A DNA stretch of 64,000 nucleotides from an uncultured Acetatifactor sp. (GTDB lineage: Bacteria > Bacillota > Clostridia > Lachnospirales > Lachnospiraceae). This document shows, in pieces, positions 48,925 to 59,436 of the stretch. The notes beneath the pieces are model-generated. The model saw only the letters and a list, made by a program, of their open reading frames with translations. It searched no databases and was not told the DNA's origin. Made by a program: the position numbers and the translations under genes. The stretch spans positions 2,627-66,626 of the forward strand of contig CAZRZM010000002.1 in the NCBI GenBank assembly GCA_964604575.1, written 5' to 3'. Every line of letters starts with the position of its first letter. Within the stretch, counting starts at the first letter, position 1.

Positions 48925-49827
48925 ATGTATGTATTTTTATCTGTTATTCTAATACTTCTGATAATCTGTTCTGTATTTACCATTTTCCGCAGACGCAGAG
49001 CGATTAAGAAGGTCTGCTGCATGAGCCATATGGAAAAATGCCGTCTTGTGGATGAACTTCTTTATCCTTATGGCTACTGTTACTGTCCCGGACAGGATGT
49101 TGTATCCACCCACAATGACGCATGGCAGCGCGGCAGCGGGTATACTGCACTCTTCGACCGGGCAGCCCTGCACTTTAATATGGTGTTTGACGCACTTCCC
49201 ATTTATTTTAACTACCGGAACCGGACCTGGCTTATTGAATTCTGGAAAGGTCAGTACGGCATCAATACCGGAGCTGAAATCGGCATCTACTATGCTGACC
49301 GCATATTGTCCCCGAATGAACTGTCCACTGCACATTTTCAGGCTGTGGATGATGATGACCGCCTGCCTGTAGCTTTTACCCTGTATAAGGATTCCAGGGC
49401 TCTTGCCACGATGTCACAAAAAAGCTGGTGGCTTACCGCCTTTCTGGTCGGGCTTTTCTCGAAGCCCTGCAGCCTGTCCATGGATATTCAAATCTGCTTT
49501 CCCAACTGTGAAATGCAGTCATGTTTCGTGGAAGCCCTGCAGCAGGTGGAGAACCCCTGCTTTGCATTCCACTGCTGTAACACGCAGGTGCATATCCACT
49601 ATTCCGACGGCTGTCCGGTGTCCCCCATCTGTCCGGAAACCACCGGTATTTTCCGCCGCCTGAGAATCGCCTGGGCACAGCTTAGTAATAAATTACTGTG
49701 CCGCATATACTGTGCACTTGCACGCCCTTTTAAGACAACACTGGACAGAATTGTGTTCCTATATGAGCTTCTGCCCTTCTGCCTGCGCAGAATGCTCCGG
49801 CACCTGAAAGGAGTTATTAAAAAATGA
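48925..49827 (+). CDS. DUF4474-domain protein
   Basis: DAWQR..GY...FD and WLIEFWKGQYGINTGAEIGIY motifs. Confidence 0.88.
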   Translation: MYVFLSVILILLIICSVFTIFRRRRAIKKVCCMSHMEKCRLVDELLYPYGYCYCPGQDVVSTHNDAWQRGSGYTALFDRAALHFNMVFDALPIYFNYRNRTWLIEFWKGQYGINTGAEIGIYYADRILSPNELSTAHFQAVDDDDRLPVAFTLYKDSRALATMSQKSWWLTAFLVGLFSKPCSLSMDIQICFPNCEMQSCFVEALQQVENPCFAFHCCNTQVHIHYSDGCPVSPICPETTGIFRRLRIAWAQLSNKLLCRIYCALARPFKTTLDRIVFLYELLPFCLRRMLRHLKGVIKK

Positions 49828-50696
49828 GTTATTCCACCCGTCTCTCCAATGCTTTCAAAAACGCACCCATACTGCCCATGACTCACCGCAGCCGCTTTTG
49901 TCTTATCAGCGACTGCCATAGGGGCAACGGTACCTCCAACGACAACTTTCTCAAGAACCAGAATCTGTACCTTTCTGCTTTAAAATATTATTATACCGGA
50001 GGGTTTACTTATATTGAGCTGGGGGACGGGGATGAACTTTGGGAAAACCGTAAAATGAGCCAGATTATTGAAATACACAATAACACGTTCCGTCTGCTCT
50101 CCTCTTTTTACAGACAGAACCGCCTCTATCTGCTCTATGGAAATCACGACATGGAAAAGAAAACTCCCGGCTACTCCGACCATGTATGCAGCAGCTATTT
50201 CTGCCTCAACACACAGTGCCGGGAGACACTGTTTCCGGGACTTACCTTTTACGAAGGACTGATTCTGGAAAATCCATATACCGGCAGACGTCTCTATCTT
50301 ACTCACGGGCATCAGGCAGACTTTTTTAACTCTGCCTGCTGGAAGCTGTCCCGCTTTCTGGTGCGTTACTTCTGGAGTCCACTGGAACATTTCGGCGTAC
50401 TGGACCCCACCAGCGCCGCCAAAAACTATACTAAAAAGGACAATGTGGAACGGCTGCTTTCCGATTATGCCACACAGAATGGGCTTATTCTCATTACCGG
50501 ACATACCCACAAGCCACGGTTAAGCGCCGATTCTCCTAATTATATGAACACCGGAAGCTGTGTCCATCCCCACAGCGTCACCTGCATTGAGATTGAGGGG
50601 GGAAGCATATCGCTGGTAAAATGGAGCTATAACACAAGAATGGACAGAACCCTCTATGTACAGAGAGAGGTTCTGTCCCAAATGAAGCTGGATTAA
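49824..50696 (+). CDS. Calcineurin-like metallophosphoesterase
   Basis: SDCH, GDGDELW, GNHD, THGH, GHTH, NTGS. Confidence 0.92.
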   Translation: MSYSTRLSNAFKNAPILPMTHRSRFCLISDCHRGNGTSNDNFLKNQNLYLSALKYYYTGGFTYIELGDGDELWENRKMSQIIEIHNNTFRLLSSFYRQNRLYLLYGNHDMEKKTPGYSDHVCSSYFCLNTQCRETLFPGLTFYEGLILENPYTGRRLYLTHGHQADFFNSACWKLSRFLVRYFWSPLEHFGVLDPTSAAKNYTKKDNVERLLSDYATQNGLILITGHTHKPRLSADSPNYMNTGSCVHPHSVTCIEIEGGSISLVKWSYNTRMDRTLYVQREVLSQMKLD

Positions 50697-50920
50697 AAGG
50701 AATACACTGCGCGGACTGCCACATAAGAATTCATGTATTTATCAAACGGTCCTCCACCATCGCGGTCCTCGTAAATATCCGTAATCTGAAAACCCGCTTT
50801 TATCAATCTGCCAATTTGTTCTGTGAGTGTATGGCTGAATTTCAGCGGCATATGATTATTTTGCTTTTCTATTAACTGCTCTTTCGTTAAATCCCTCAAA
50901 TTTTGTGTAATTAAGAGAAC
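50693..50920 (-). pseudogene. C-terminal remnant of a class I SAM-dependent methyltransferase
   Basis: FSHTLTEQIGRLIKAGFQITDIYED tail present; N-terminal SAM-binding motifs absent. Confidence 0.65.
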
Positions 50921-50921
50921 T

Positions 50922-51647
50922 TTAGGACGATACCAGTTCCTGATACCATTTTTTTGCAAAAGAAAGATTTTCAAGAATATCATCCACGCAGGAAATCTGA
51001 AGTATTCTATTGAGCTTTTCTATTTCATTTTTCGGAATATGCTGTGAAATATGCACCATGTAATACCACATCTTCGTAGGCGTATACCGGCTCCTTAACA
51101 TATAGACCAGTGGTTCCACAACATACTTTTGATAATAGATGAAAGCCTCCGGATACATTCCACGCAGACAATATTTTTCCACCCTGTTTATCTGACTGAA
51201 CCTATAGGCGCTTTCTTTTTTCCAGTATTGCCTTGTTTCCAAGCCCTCATCCGGGTCAAAATCTTTGTATTGTATCACTCCACACTTATCAAATATTACT
51301 TTGCAGGTATCAATACAGTCCCCTCTTACAAAGGTAGTATTCGCTTTGCCGTAAAAATAGGCATTAAAATCTACTACCTGGTATTTTCCCGAATCCACCA
51401 CATGAAAAACCAGTTGACGCTCTGAATCGTTATTCTGGTTCTCATAAACACTGTCTACCGTCAGCCGCTCTTGTATTTTTTCAAAAATACTGTCCACTGC
51501 TTCCTCGTCAACCGCCACACACATATCAATGTCCGAATAAACATCTATGCTATTTGTGGCATCAGCTCCTTCCAGCCATAAAGCGCGTACATGCTCCTCA
51601 TCCCGTAACAAATCTGCCAGAATTTCTATAATACCTTCTCTCTCCAT
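50922..51647 (-). CDS. Pol-beta-family nucleotidyltransferase (antibiotic adenylyltransferase-like)
   Basis: ALWLEGADATNSIDVYSDID plus a helical C-terminal domain; RBS GGGAGG before MEREG. Confidence 0.8.
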   Translation of the reverse strand: MEREGIIEILADLLRDEEHVRALWLEGADATNSIDVYSDIDMCVAVDEEAVDSIFEKIQERLTVDSVYENQNNDSERQLVFHVVDSGKYQVVDFNAYFYGKANTTFVRGDCIDTCKVIFDKCGVIQYKDFDPDEGLETRQYWKKESAYRFSQINRVEKYCLRGMYPEAFIYYQKYVVEPLVYMLRSRYTPTKMWYYMVHISQHIPKNEIEKLNRILQISCVDDILENLSFAKKWYQELVSS

Positions 51648-51801
51648 CTCATCCTCCCAGATAAAATCATTATTTATCATATATCCAGCATATCTTAATA
51701 TCAGGGAAGTATCTATGTCAAAAATTTTTTTAAAAAAATAATACACAAAAAGACTGTCGCTCTGACGAATGAAAAATCCGTACGGCGGCAGTCCTTTTTA
51801 C

Positions 51802-52065
51802 TCAGTGTCTGTAAAGGATTCTTTTTATAGTATCATAGGAAAGATGATATTCCTCCATCAATTCCTGTATGCTTGAACCCTCATTTTTCTTGTGGCATAT
51901 TTCCTTGTTTCGCTTATCCAATTCTCCTTTAATGGTTGTTCTTGTTCCCCACTTACATCTTTTTGCATGTATTAGTGGAATATAAATCAATCCTCCGCTA
52001 TAATATTTTTGAATCTCAGATAACAAAGTCTCCGGTAATACTTCTTTACCATTTATATATGACAT
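51802..52065 (-). CDS. CD3324-family protein (Mor-like HTH)
   Basis: MSYINGKEVLPETLLSEIQKY..GGLIYIP...WG...RN...LS.DTIKRILY. Confidence 0.9.
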   Translation of the reverse strand: MSYINGKEVLPETLLSEIQKYYSGGLIYIPLIHAKRCKWGTRTTIKGELDKRNKEICHKKNEGSSIQELMEEYHLSYDTIKRILYRH

Positions 52066-52174
52066 ATATATCACTCCCTCCAAAATAATCACATCTGGCA
52101 GACAGATGCCGAAGCCTCCTGCCATTTTGGAGTGCAACACATTTCATATTGATTTTCGCGATTCTACAATCGCT

Positions 52175-52270
52175 CTATGCATCGAATCGCCCGTCAAACA
52201 TGACCTGTGCTGCATAGAGCTTATATGGTGCCTCATTGGACATTTTAATATACAGTATTTCTTTCAACAT
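52175..52270 (-). CDS. Putative 31-aa leader peptide
   Basis: RBS GAAGGAG then MLKEILYIKMSNEAPYKLYAAQVMFDGRFDA*. Confidence 0.55.
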   Translation of the reverse strand: MLKEILYIKMSNEAPYKLYAAQVMFDGRFDA

Positions 52271-52478
52271 GTAATCTCTCCTTCAAAATATTATCTGACT
52301 TTTCATCAGTATTCCCTTTATGCTTTCATAAAAATCATATAGGAAATCCATAAACTTCTCTCTTTCATCACCCAGACCGATACTGTTATCCACCATATAC
52401 CTGAGTGCTTCTTCTATAATAAAGTATATCACACTATATGTTGTCTGCCTATCTCCAATTTGCCCGCCATCTCCATAT

Positions 52479-53888
52479 TTAAACAATAAAATCCATTCTT
52501 TTATCTTCCAGAATACTTTTCAGTATCAGCAGTCCTGTGCGCAGGCTCTCCGGTGTATCCGGCGATGTGACCGACACCCTGACATAAGCTGCCCTGCTGT
52601 CACTGTGCATGGCAAACCTGTGGGAGCCCAATATATGAATCCCCTGCTGCAGCGCCAGTATTTCCATCTCCTCACCACCAAGTCCCTGGGGAAGGGGCAG
52701 CCAGTGGAAAAAACGCTCTATATTATGGGATGCGTACCCCGGAAAAACATCCGCAAAAACCCGGTTACGCTGTGCGGCAGACACTATTTTCTGTCGGGCA
52801 ATTTTCCGTGCTTCCCCACTTTCAATCAGCTCCGCAATAATCTCTCCATTCAGGGAAACCGTCTTTAAATTGATGTTGAGCATGCCTGCCACAAGCAGCT
52901 CCCTATACCTGTCCGCAAATGCAATAAACGCCACACGCAGCCCGGCACACAGTGACTTGGAAACACTACATATATGAATGGTCTGGTCCGGCACCATGGA
53001 AAAAAAGGATTTCACTTCAGGAGAAAATGCTCCGTAAGCCGCCAGAAAGGAATAAATATCATCCTCTATCACAAGTAAATGATACTCCCGTATGATTGTG
53101 GCAAGCTCCTCCCTGCGGCTCTGTGGCATGAAAATACTGGTAGGATTGCTGCATGTGGGCATAAGATATACACCTTTTATCTCTGTATTTTTACAGATAC
53201 CTGCCAGTGCAGCGGGGGACATCCCATACTCGTCCATCTCCACAGCAACAAGCTGGATATGCAGAAAATTAGCCAACCCTTTAAAATTGGTATAGGTAAA
53301 GCTGTCAACGGCTATTTTATCCCCGGCTTTAAAAAGTGTGGCAAGAATAACAGACAAAGCATTCTGCGCTCCCGCAGACAATAAAATATTTTTCTCTTCC
53401 ACTTCCATTCCCAGACTGCACAGCCATTTCCGGGCGGCATTTATCTGTCGTTTTGTCCCCAGGGAATCGCTGTATTCCAAAAGCCGCAGGGAATCCCGGC
53501 GGTTAAGCACAAGCCTTGCTGCATCCAGAACTTTTTCATTGCTTTCGTAAAAGGGGTGAATCATCCCCATCTCTATCACCACACCGCTCCTGCCCAGAAA
53601 GGTATCCCGGGCAGATATACCGGGGGCAACAAAAGTTCCTTTGCCGGTGACAGCATATAAAAGCCCCTTTAATTCACACAATTTGTATGCCCTTGTAATG
53701 GTGCTCAAATTCAAATCCAGATAATCTGCCAGTTCCCTCTGGGGCGGCAGCTTTGTATCCACCGGAAGCCTCCCCGATAAAATATCCTTCTCCAGATTGG
53801 CAGCTATGGAAAGGTAATAAGGCTTTTCCAGTTCCTCCTTCCGGGGTCTCCATGACATGGGGTAATCATCAAAAGAATTGACAGGCAT
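52479..53888 (-). CDS. MocR/PdxR-family GntR regulator with PLP-binding domain
   Basis: KLPPQRELA...TITRAY...GKGTFV; aminotransferase-like domain (EDDIY, SVSKSLCAGLR). Confidence 0.93.
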   Translation of the reverse strand: MPVNSFDDYPMSWRPRKEELEKPYYLSIAANLEKDILSGRLPVDTKLPPQRELADYLDLNLSTITRAYKLCELKGLLYAVTGKGTFVAPGISARDTFLGRSGVVIEMGMIHPFYESNEKVLDAARLVLNRRDSLRLLEYSDSLGTKRQINAARKWLCSLGMEVEEKNILLSAGAQNALSVILATLFKAGDKIAVDSFTYTNFKGLANFLHIQLVAVEMDEYGMSPAALAGICKNTEIKGVYLMPTCSNPTSIFMPQSRREELATIIREYHLLVIEDDIYSFLAAYGAFSPEVKSFFSMVPDQTIHICSVSKSLCAGLRVAFIAFADRYRELLVAGMLNINLKTVSLNGEIIAELIESGEARKIARQKIVSAAQRNRVFADVFPGYASHNIERFFHWLPLPQGLGGEEMEILALQQGIHILGSHRFAMHSDSRAAYVRVSVTSPDTPESLRTGLLILKSILEDKRMDFIV

Positions 53889-53909
53889 ATATTTTGTACT
53901 CCCTTCTGA

Positions 53910-53962
53910 ATTGTATGCAACACAATATTAGCATTGTATGCATACAATTTCAAGCTTATAAT
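53910..53962 (+). promoter_or_regulatory. Probable MocR/PdxR operator and ECF gene promoter
   Basis: ATTGTATGCA at 53910 and 53933; perfect palindrome ATTGTATGCATACAAT at 53933-53948; TTGTAT-N17-TATAAT. Confidence 0.75.
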
Positions 53963-54044
53963 GAGGCATATAAATGCAAACCATACAAAACAAAATACGA
54001 TAGCGCCAGTGAATGCTACCGCACACAAAAAGGAGGAACATAAA

Positions 54045-54599
54045 TTGAAACAAAAAAGAAAAATAACCATTCAGGAACTCACACAGACAGGACTTATGGC
54101 GGCTGCAGTGTATGCGGCTTCTGCTTTTCTACAGATTTCCATCCCTACCGCCATCGACAATACACGTCTGCATATGGGGAATGTCATGTGTCTGCTGGCA
54201 GGTATGCTGCTGGGGCCCGTACAAGGCGGCTTTGCTGCCGGAATCGGTTCTATGTTCTTTGATTTCACCAATCCCGCTTACATCGCCTCCGCCCCCTTTA
54301 CGTTTGCCTTCAAATTTGCCATGGCATGGATATGTGGAAAAATAACCTCCGGACATACCACCCATTTCAAACAACGCTACATTCTGGGCAGCATAGCAGG
54401 TGCATTTACTTATGTACTATGTTACCTTTCCAAAAATTTTATTGAGCATCGCTTTATACTGGGACTGCCCATGGAGGCTGTCATGCTGACAATTACCCAG
54501 AAAGCCCTTGTATCCAGTGTCAATGCTGTCGTTGCCTGCATCGTGGCGGTGCCTCTGGGTCTGGCACTGCGGTCTGTGATAAAAAAACTCCCAAAATAG
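54045..54599 (+). CDS. ECF transporter S component (probably vitamin B6-related)
   Basis: RBS AGGAGG with TTG start; RLHMGN...LLGPVQGGFAAGIGS; divergent from the MocR regulator. Confidence 0.88.
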   Translation: MKQKRKITIQELTQTGLMAAAVYAASAFLQISIPTAIDNTRLHMGNVMCLLAGMLLGPVQGGFAAGIGSMFFDFTNPAYIASAPFTFAFKFAMAWICGKITSGHTTHFKQRYILGSIAGAFTYVLCYLSKNFIEHRFILGLPMEAVMLTITQKALVSSVNAVVACIVAVPLGLALRSVIKKLPK

Positions 54600-54657
54600 T
54601 TACAATAAGCACTCAAGAATCGTGCCAAGTGTCCATCCTGCCAGGGGCAGGCTGGAC

Positions 54658-54726
54658 ACCACTTACAGAGTAAAATCAACCGACTATGGCAAATCTGTTG
54701 AAAGCAATTTCTGTATTTCCTATAAT
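54658..54726 (+). promoter_or_regulatory. LytTR direct repeat and promoter of the LytTR-DUF3021 operon
   Basis: ACCACTTAC-N12-ACCGACTAT (21-bp period), then TTGAAA-N17-TATAAT. Confidence 0.7.
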
Positions 54727-54746
54727 GAGGTCACAAAGGAGGTAAC

Positions 54747-55190
54747 TTGATGAAAGTTGAAATTAAAATTGACAGTTCCTATACCGAACCTCAAATTGTT
54801 ATCCTGACTGCTTCCATGACAGAAGATGTAAATAACATTTTGAGAAAACTGTCCGAGGATATCCCACAGATAATTTCCGGCAGCAAGGATGAAAAATTTG
54901 AGGTACTGGAGCAGGCAGATTTGATTAGAATCTATGCAAATGCTGGAAAAGTATTTGCCGTAACCGGCAAAGGGGAATACACTTTACGTCTCAGACTGTA
55001 CGAGCTGGAAGAACGGCTGGAGTCTGGTCAGTTTGTCCGCATTTCCAATTCGGAGATTATTAACCTGAAAAAAGTCGACCATTTTGATTTGAGTTTTACC
55101 GGTACTATCTGTGTGAAATTGTCAAACGGCACTACCACATATGTATCCAGACGTTACGTTTCCAAAATCAAAAAAATATTAGGAATATAA
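54747..55190 (+). CDS. Stand-alone LytTR transcriptional regulator
   Basis: LYELEERL, FVRISNSEIINL, VSRRYV; no REC domain. Confidence 0.93.
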   Translation: MMKVEIKIDSSYTEPQIVILTASMTEDVNNILRKLSEDIPQIISGSKDEKFEVLEQADLIRIYANAGKVFAVTGKGEYTLRLRLYELEERLESGQFVRISNSEIINLKKVDHFDLSFTGTICVKLSNGTTTYVSRRYVSKIKKILGI

Positions 55191-55202
55191 AGGAGAGAAA
55201 AA

Positions 55203-55664
55203 ATGAAAAAGAAACTGATTTTACGCGGCGCTTATGGCTTTCCGGCTGGAATTGCAATGGGATACCTCATCACAATACTTATTTCTCTTGTCAATGCAGA
55301 GGGACACTATATACCTTGTGTACCCGAACTTATCACTGTGATGGCAAATGAAATCAACGCCGTTATTTTGCAGGCACTCCTCTGCGGTCTGCTGGGCGCA
55401 GGCTGTGGAGCAGGCTCAGTGATATGGGAAATAGAGAATTGGAGCATTATAAAACAGACTGGAATTTTCTTTTTGATTATTTCCGTACTGATGATGCCCA
55501 TAGCTTATTTTACTTACTGGATGGAGCACAGCATCACTGGCTTTTTAAGCTACTTTGGGATTTTTGTTCTGATTTTTATAGCTATATGGATCATACAATT
55601 TATAGTTGGCAGGCACAACGTCACAAAACTGAATGCCTTTCTGCATAAAACAAAGACCAGGTAG
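55203..55664 (+). CDS. DUF3021 membrane protein (LytTR-system inhibitor)
   Basis: Four TM segments, IWEIENWSIIKQT; canonical pairing with a stand-alone LytTR gene. Confidence 0.88.
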   Translation: MKKKLILRGAYGFPAGIAMGYLITILISLVNAEGHYIPCVPELITVMANEINAVILQALLCGLLGAGCGAGSVIWEIENWSIIKQTGIFFLIISVLMMPIAYFTYWMEHSITGFLSYFGIFVLIFIAIWIIQFIVGRHNVTKLNAFLHKTKTR

Positions 55665-55713
55665 TTTCTATAACGGTTACGGTCAAACTGCCTTTTCAGA
55701 CATCTGCAAATAC

Positions 55714-55764
55714 AAAAACCCTACACTTTTGCCGTTTCCCGCAATGTGTAGGGTTCTCGTTTTT
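55714..55764. terminator. Bidirectional terminator
   Basis: aaaaaccctacac...gtgtagggttctcgttttt between convergent genes. Confidence 0.65.
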
Positions 55765-55777
55765 CAAAAATTATGCG

Positions 55778-57142
<1,365 letters not shown>

Positions 57143-57316
57143 TTAGTATGTATTAACGCATTTAAAAAGGTACGGAACATCCATTCCGTACCTTTTGTCC
57201 CACGAATATTATAAACCCAGAAATTCAATTTCACAACACACTTTATCCCACTAAATTGTAAAAGTTTTTTGGCTTTTTTTATACAACTTGCACAAGAAAT
57301 TATACATGTATACAAT

Positions 57317-57748
57317 TTATAAATAATCCTTCAGTTTTTTAATATTTCTCTGTTCAAAATCAATCAACTGATTTGCCAGAGCAAGGGATTCCTCTCCTGC
57401 ATTCTCGTTATGGTGCAGAATTTTCTCCATCTCCAGAATCCCATTGTTGCTTCCTTTAATCATCATCTCCGCAATGTGACTGGTACTGGTATTCAGCAAC
57501 GTATTGTAATGTACTCCTGTTTTCAGCATCATATCCGACATGTAGCTGCTCTTATACGGCTCCGCCTTTGCCTCCACCAGATGTCTCATGGCTTCATTAT
57601 GCAATTCAGAATATTTAAGCGACTGTCTTGATATCTGCATCGCCAGACTGTCATCATAGACTTTTCCTGAAATGGCATCAATGGCTTTCATAGCCATCTC
57701 CGTATTCCTCTGCACTTCCCGGTATACTGCTACTTCCTGTGATTTCAT
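57317..57748 (-). CDS. Hypothetical ferritin-like four-helix protein
   Basis: SHIAEMMIKGSNNG...E..NI..LK.YL pattern; start uncertain. Confidence 0.75.
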   Translation of the reverse strand: MKSQEVAVYREVQRNTEMAMKAIDAISGKVYDDSLAMQISRQSLKYSELHNEAMRHLVEAKAEPYKSSYMSDMMLKTGVHYNTLLNTSTSHIAEMMIKGSNNGILEMEKILHHNENAGEESLALANQLIDFEQRNIKKLKDYL

Positions 57749-57791
57749 GTGCACCCCGCTTCTTCCTGCTTTCAACACCTGTTTTTCTGTT

Positions 57792-57827
57792 AAAAAAGCT
57801 TCCTATGTTTTATTCCATAGGAAGCTT
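57792..57827 (-). terminator. Intrinsic terminator after the SH3 gene
   Basis: aagcttcctatg-N8-cataggaagctt with a T-tract on the minus strand. Confidence 0.75.
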
Positions 57828-57877
57828 CTGCTCACATTATATACTGTTTTTCAAAAAATATACATTTTTATGGAACT

Positions 57878-59101
57878 TTATTGGACATAATCTGCTTTTA
57901 CATAAGCGACTCTGCCATTATAGTTGATTTTGCACCAGCCGTTTTCATTGGCAAGCAGTTCTACGGAATCTCCTCCGGCAAGCACGCCCAGACGCTCCGC
58001 ATCCTCACTGGCAGACGCGCGTACATTGATGTTGGTGGTAGCTGTAACTGTCCCAATCACAGTTGCCCCATCTGCATTTTCCACTAACTGCAGGTATTCC
58101 GACTTGATAAAGCCTTCCTTGCCCTCAAACAGAACCTTCGTCCATCCATTTACAAGCTGCTCCACCACCTGCAGCGTAGTTCCCTGGGAAGCTTTGCCCA
58201 TCTTCTCCGCCTGCTCACTGTCAGAACTTCTCACATTGACAGTATCTGTGGTTGTCGCATACTGTACCACATTCTCCTGAGGAGTATCCTGGGGCTGCTG
58301 TTCTGCATCTGTGCTGGCACCTTCATTTGCAGCCGCATCGCCTTCATTCACCGGATTCTCATTGGACGCATCGCCCTCTGAAGCCACCTGTCCCGCCAGA
58401 ATCTCACCCACTGCTGTGCTCACCGCAATATCCAGCTCATCCAGGTACTCCCACAATTCGGGATGTGCCTCCAGCAGTTCATTGTACTCCACATTAATAC
58501 GATTATTAAATTCAATCACATCATCCTGGGATGTCACTTTTTGAATATAATCATAAACGCTCTGATTATTTTCACTGCGCTTGATATACAGTTCCCCATT
58601 TTCGTTGGTGCAGATATAATGGGTCTTATATCCGGGAACCTGCTCCTCATGATTCACAAATACCACCTTGTAATATACATAGGCAATGGTACTTCCTTCT
58701 TCCGGTCCCTTCTTGGTGTAAATCTCCAGTGCAGGATAACTCTCAATATATTTGGAAGTTTCTACATAACGCAGCATATCCTGGTCGGAAATCTCATCAC
58801 AGATACTGTTCAAAGTCTCCTCATCCCCTAATGCCAGCGCATTATAATATGTTGCAATCAACGTATAAATCGTTCCATCCTCATTTGGGACAAGGGGTAC
58901 ATCTTCTGTCGGCTGGTCCAGTGTCACCTCTTCGGCATCCCCTGCGGATATCGAATTGATGATTGCGTCTTCTTTGGAATCTCCGGCATTCATGGCAATG
59001 GTTGCTGTAACTGCGACTGCTGCAATCACCATAACCGGAAAGGAAATCTTGCCATGCTTTATGATATAATCACGTACCATTCGTACTTTATCTTTCCACA
59101 T
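57878..59101 (-). CDS. Membrane-anchored protein with two C-terminal SH3b domains
   Basis: VNVRSSDS...GWTKV...GFIKSEYL and INVRASAS...GWCKINYNGRVAYVKADYV. Confidence 0.92.
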   Translation of the reverse strand: MWKDKVRMVRDYIIKHGKISFPVMVIAAVAVTATIAMNAGDSKEDAIINSISAGDAEEVTLDQPTEDVPLVPNEDGTIYTLIATYYNALALGDEETLNSICDEISDQDMLRYVETSKYIESYPALEIYTKKGPEEGSTIAYVYYKVVFVNHEEQVPGYKTHYICTNENGELYIKRSENNQSVYDYIQKVTSQDDVIEFNNRINVEYNELLEAHPELWEYLDELDIAVSTAVGEILAGQVASEGDASNENPVNEGDAAANEGASTDAEQQPQDTPQENVVQYATTTDTVNVRSSDSEQAEKMGKASQGTTLQVVEQLVNGWTKVLFEGKEGFIKSEYLQLVENADGATVIGTVTATTNINVRASASEDAERLGVLAGGDSVELLANENGWCKINYNGRVAYVKADYVQ

Positions 59102-59119
59102 AATAACACCTTTCTAACA

Positions 59120-59215
59120 GTCAATATCTCCGCTGCAAAGCCGCGAGATATGTGACCCTCACGGCATTCGCCAAATGTCTGCTTCGCAGCCACTTGACTC
59201 ATTGCCCGCGGGAAT
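59120..59215 (-). repeat. REP/MITE-like palindromic repeat, copy A
   Basis: Reverse complement matches 63654-63769 in two blocks. Confidence 0.8.
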
Positions 59216-59229
59216 CAGGGTGATGTAAA

Positions 59230-59301
59230 TGCATCCGACAGGAATCGAACCTGCATTAAAGGCGTCGGAGGCCTCCGTTCTATCCATTAGACTACGGATG
59301 C
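59230..59301 (-). tRNA. tRNA-Arg (CCG)
   Basis: GCATCCGTAGTCTAATGGATAGAACGGAGGCCTCCGACGCCTTTAATGCAGGTTCGATTCCTGTCGGATGCA; cloverleaf folds; CCA not encoded. Confidence 0.96.
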
Positions 59302-59436
59302 AAATTATTACAAAATTGTTACATCACCCTGATTATGATATCACAAAAAAAGTATTATGTCTACCCGAAATTTTAGGAAAAAGTAGGAAATTATATCTAC
59401 AGACTGGTAAAAGAATAAAACATGGCACATCCGGCT

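Noticed and set aside
52283-52486. 67-aa ORF after the MocR regulator
   Set aside because: No clear RBS or motif; may be a gene fragment but cannot be assigned.
59230-59301. tRNA as an integration site for a genomic island
   Set aside because: No integrase and no duplicated tRNA 3' end seen in the window.
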